Assembly (NCBI RefSeq): GCF_963921235.1
Contig: NC_086108.1
Span: forward strand, 112,904,001 to 112,968,000
Length of the DNA: 64,000 bases
DNA from: Mobula hypostoma
Taxonomy: Eukaryota
Reading direction: 5' to 3'
Both the position numbers and the translations under genes were made by a program. Numbering within the stretch: the stretch's first letter is position 1; every line of letters begins with the position of its first letter. The notes below the pieces were generated by a model. That model had not been told where the DNA came from, searched no databases, and worked only from the letters and a program-made list of their open reading frames with translations. This document shows, piece by piece, positions 63,060 through 64,000 of this stretch.

Positions 63060-64000
63060 GACTTAATTGGCAGAGATTTTAAAGGGAAGCTTGTGTAAAC
63101 CATTTCACCCAAAGGGCGTGGAATCCCTTGTCCCGTTTACCAGGTGCCGAGGTGAGCACATGAGGAGATCCTGTCTGAAAGGCTGTGGATCGGGTGTTGG
63201 GACACAGTCCTGGCCTCTTTCCATGGGGAATTCTATCCAACATGCATCCCTCCCTCAATGTCACAGAGATTTCCAAACAGACTCTCAGGTTTATTAATTT
63301 AGAGATATAGTGCGGACCAGGCTCTTCCAGCCCTTCGAGCCCTGCCACCCAGCAACCACCGATTTAACCCCAGCCTAATCACAGGACCGTTTACAATGAT
63401 CAATTAACCTGCTAACTGGTACACCTTGGACTGTGGGAGGAAACCAGAGCTCCAGGAGGAAATCATCGTGTTCACTGGGAGGACATACAAACTCCTTACA
63501 GACGGTGCCGGATTTGAACTCCAAACTCCGATGTCCTGAGCTGTAATAGCATTGTATTAACCGTTACACTACCATGGTGCCCCAAGAAGGGACCACATTT
63601 CCTCCTGCACATGTGTGGCTGCCTTCAGAATGTACATTATTGGCTGGAACATGTTGTTGGATGTCCAGAGTTTGTGCAAAGTGTTCTGGGAACTCAATTA
63701 TTAGTTTAGCTTAATTTGGAGATTTTATGAGGGCTCTCATTATACAGTGTCAGCAGGAGACATTTGTCATAGAGTCACAGAAAAGTACTGCACAGAAACA
63801 GGCCCCTTGGCCCATCTAGTGTGTGTCAATCCATTTCAACTGCATACTCCCGTCGACCTGCACCCAGCCAATTGCCCTCCATACCCCTACCATCCAAACT
63901 TCTCTTAAATGTTGTTCAAGTAGCTCGTTCCACACTCTCATCACCCTCTGAGTGAAGAAGTTTCCCCAAACTCTTCACCTTTCGCCCTTAACCCATGACC

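Overview
Eukaryotic (vertebrate) genomic DNA, mostly transposon-derived. The repeat mix (CR1/HER1-type LINEs, tRNA/V-type SINEs, Penelope, Rex1/Babar, RTE, L1, Gypsy, Tc1 MITEs) points to a cartilaginous fish, probably a ray; that taxonomy is inference. The only host gene I can support is the 3' end of a clade-C fibrillar collagen, best matching COL24A1, on the minus strand. Seven GT-AG exons (48955-48990, 48826-48852, 41278-41343, 40364-40532, 28454-28563, 25193-25411, 20040-20186) splice in frame and encode the end of the triple helix and the whole C-propeptide. Most notable: inside a collagen intron, a decayed Gypsy LTR element has an intronless RBM25 (RRM) mRNA fragment in place of its RT/RNaseH/integrase region, in frame with the Pol remnant. 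Other notable items are a family of minimal hammerhead-ribozyme motifs in Penelope ends, an L1/CR1 chimeric insertion under a single TSD, an inverted pair of CTCF-like motifs, a MER103/Chaplin-like hAT relic, and several nested insertions whose order can be read from TSDs. Family names come from recalled motifs, not database searches, and repeat boundaries are approximate unless a TSD is given.
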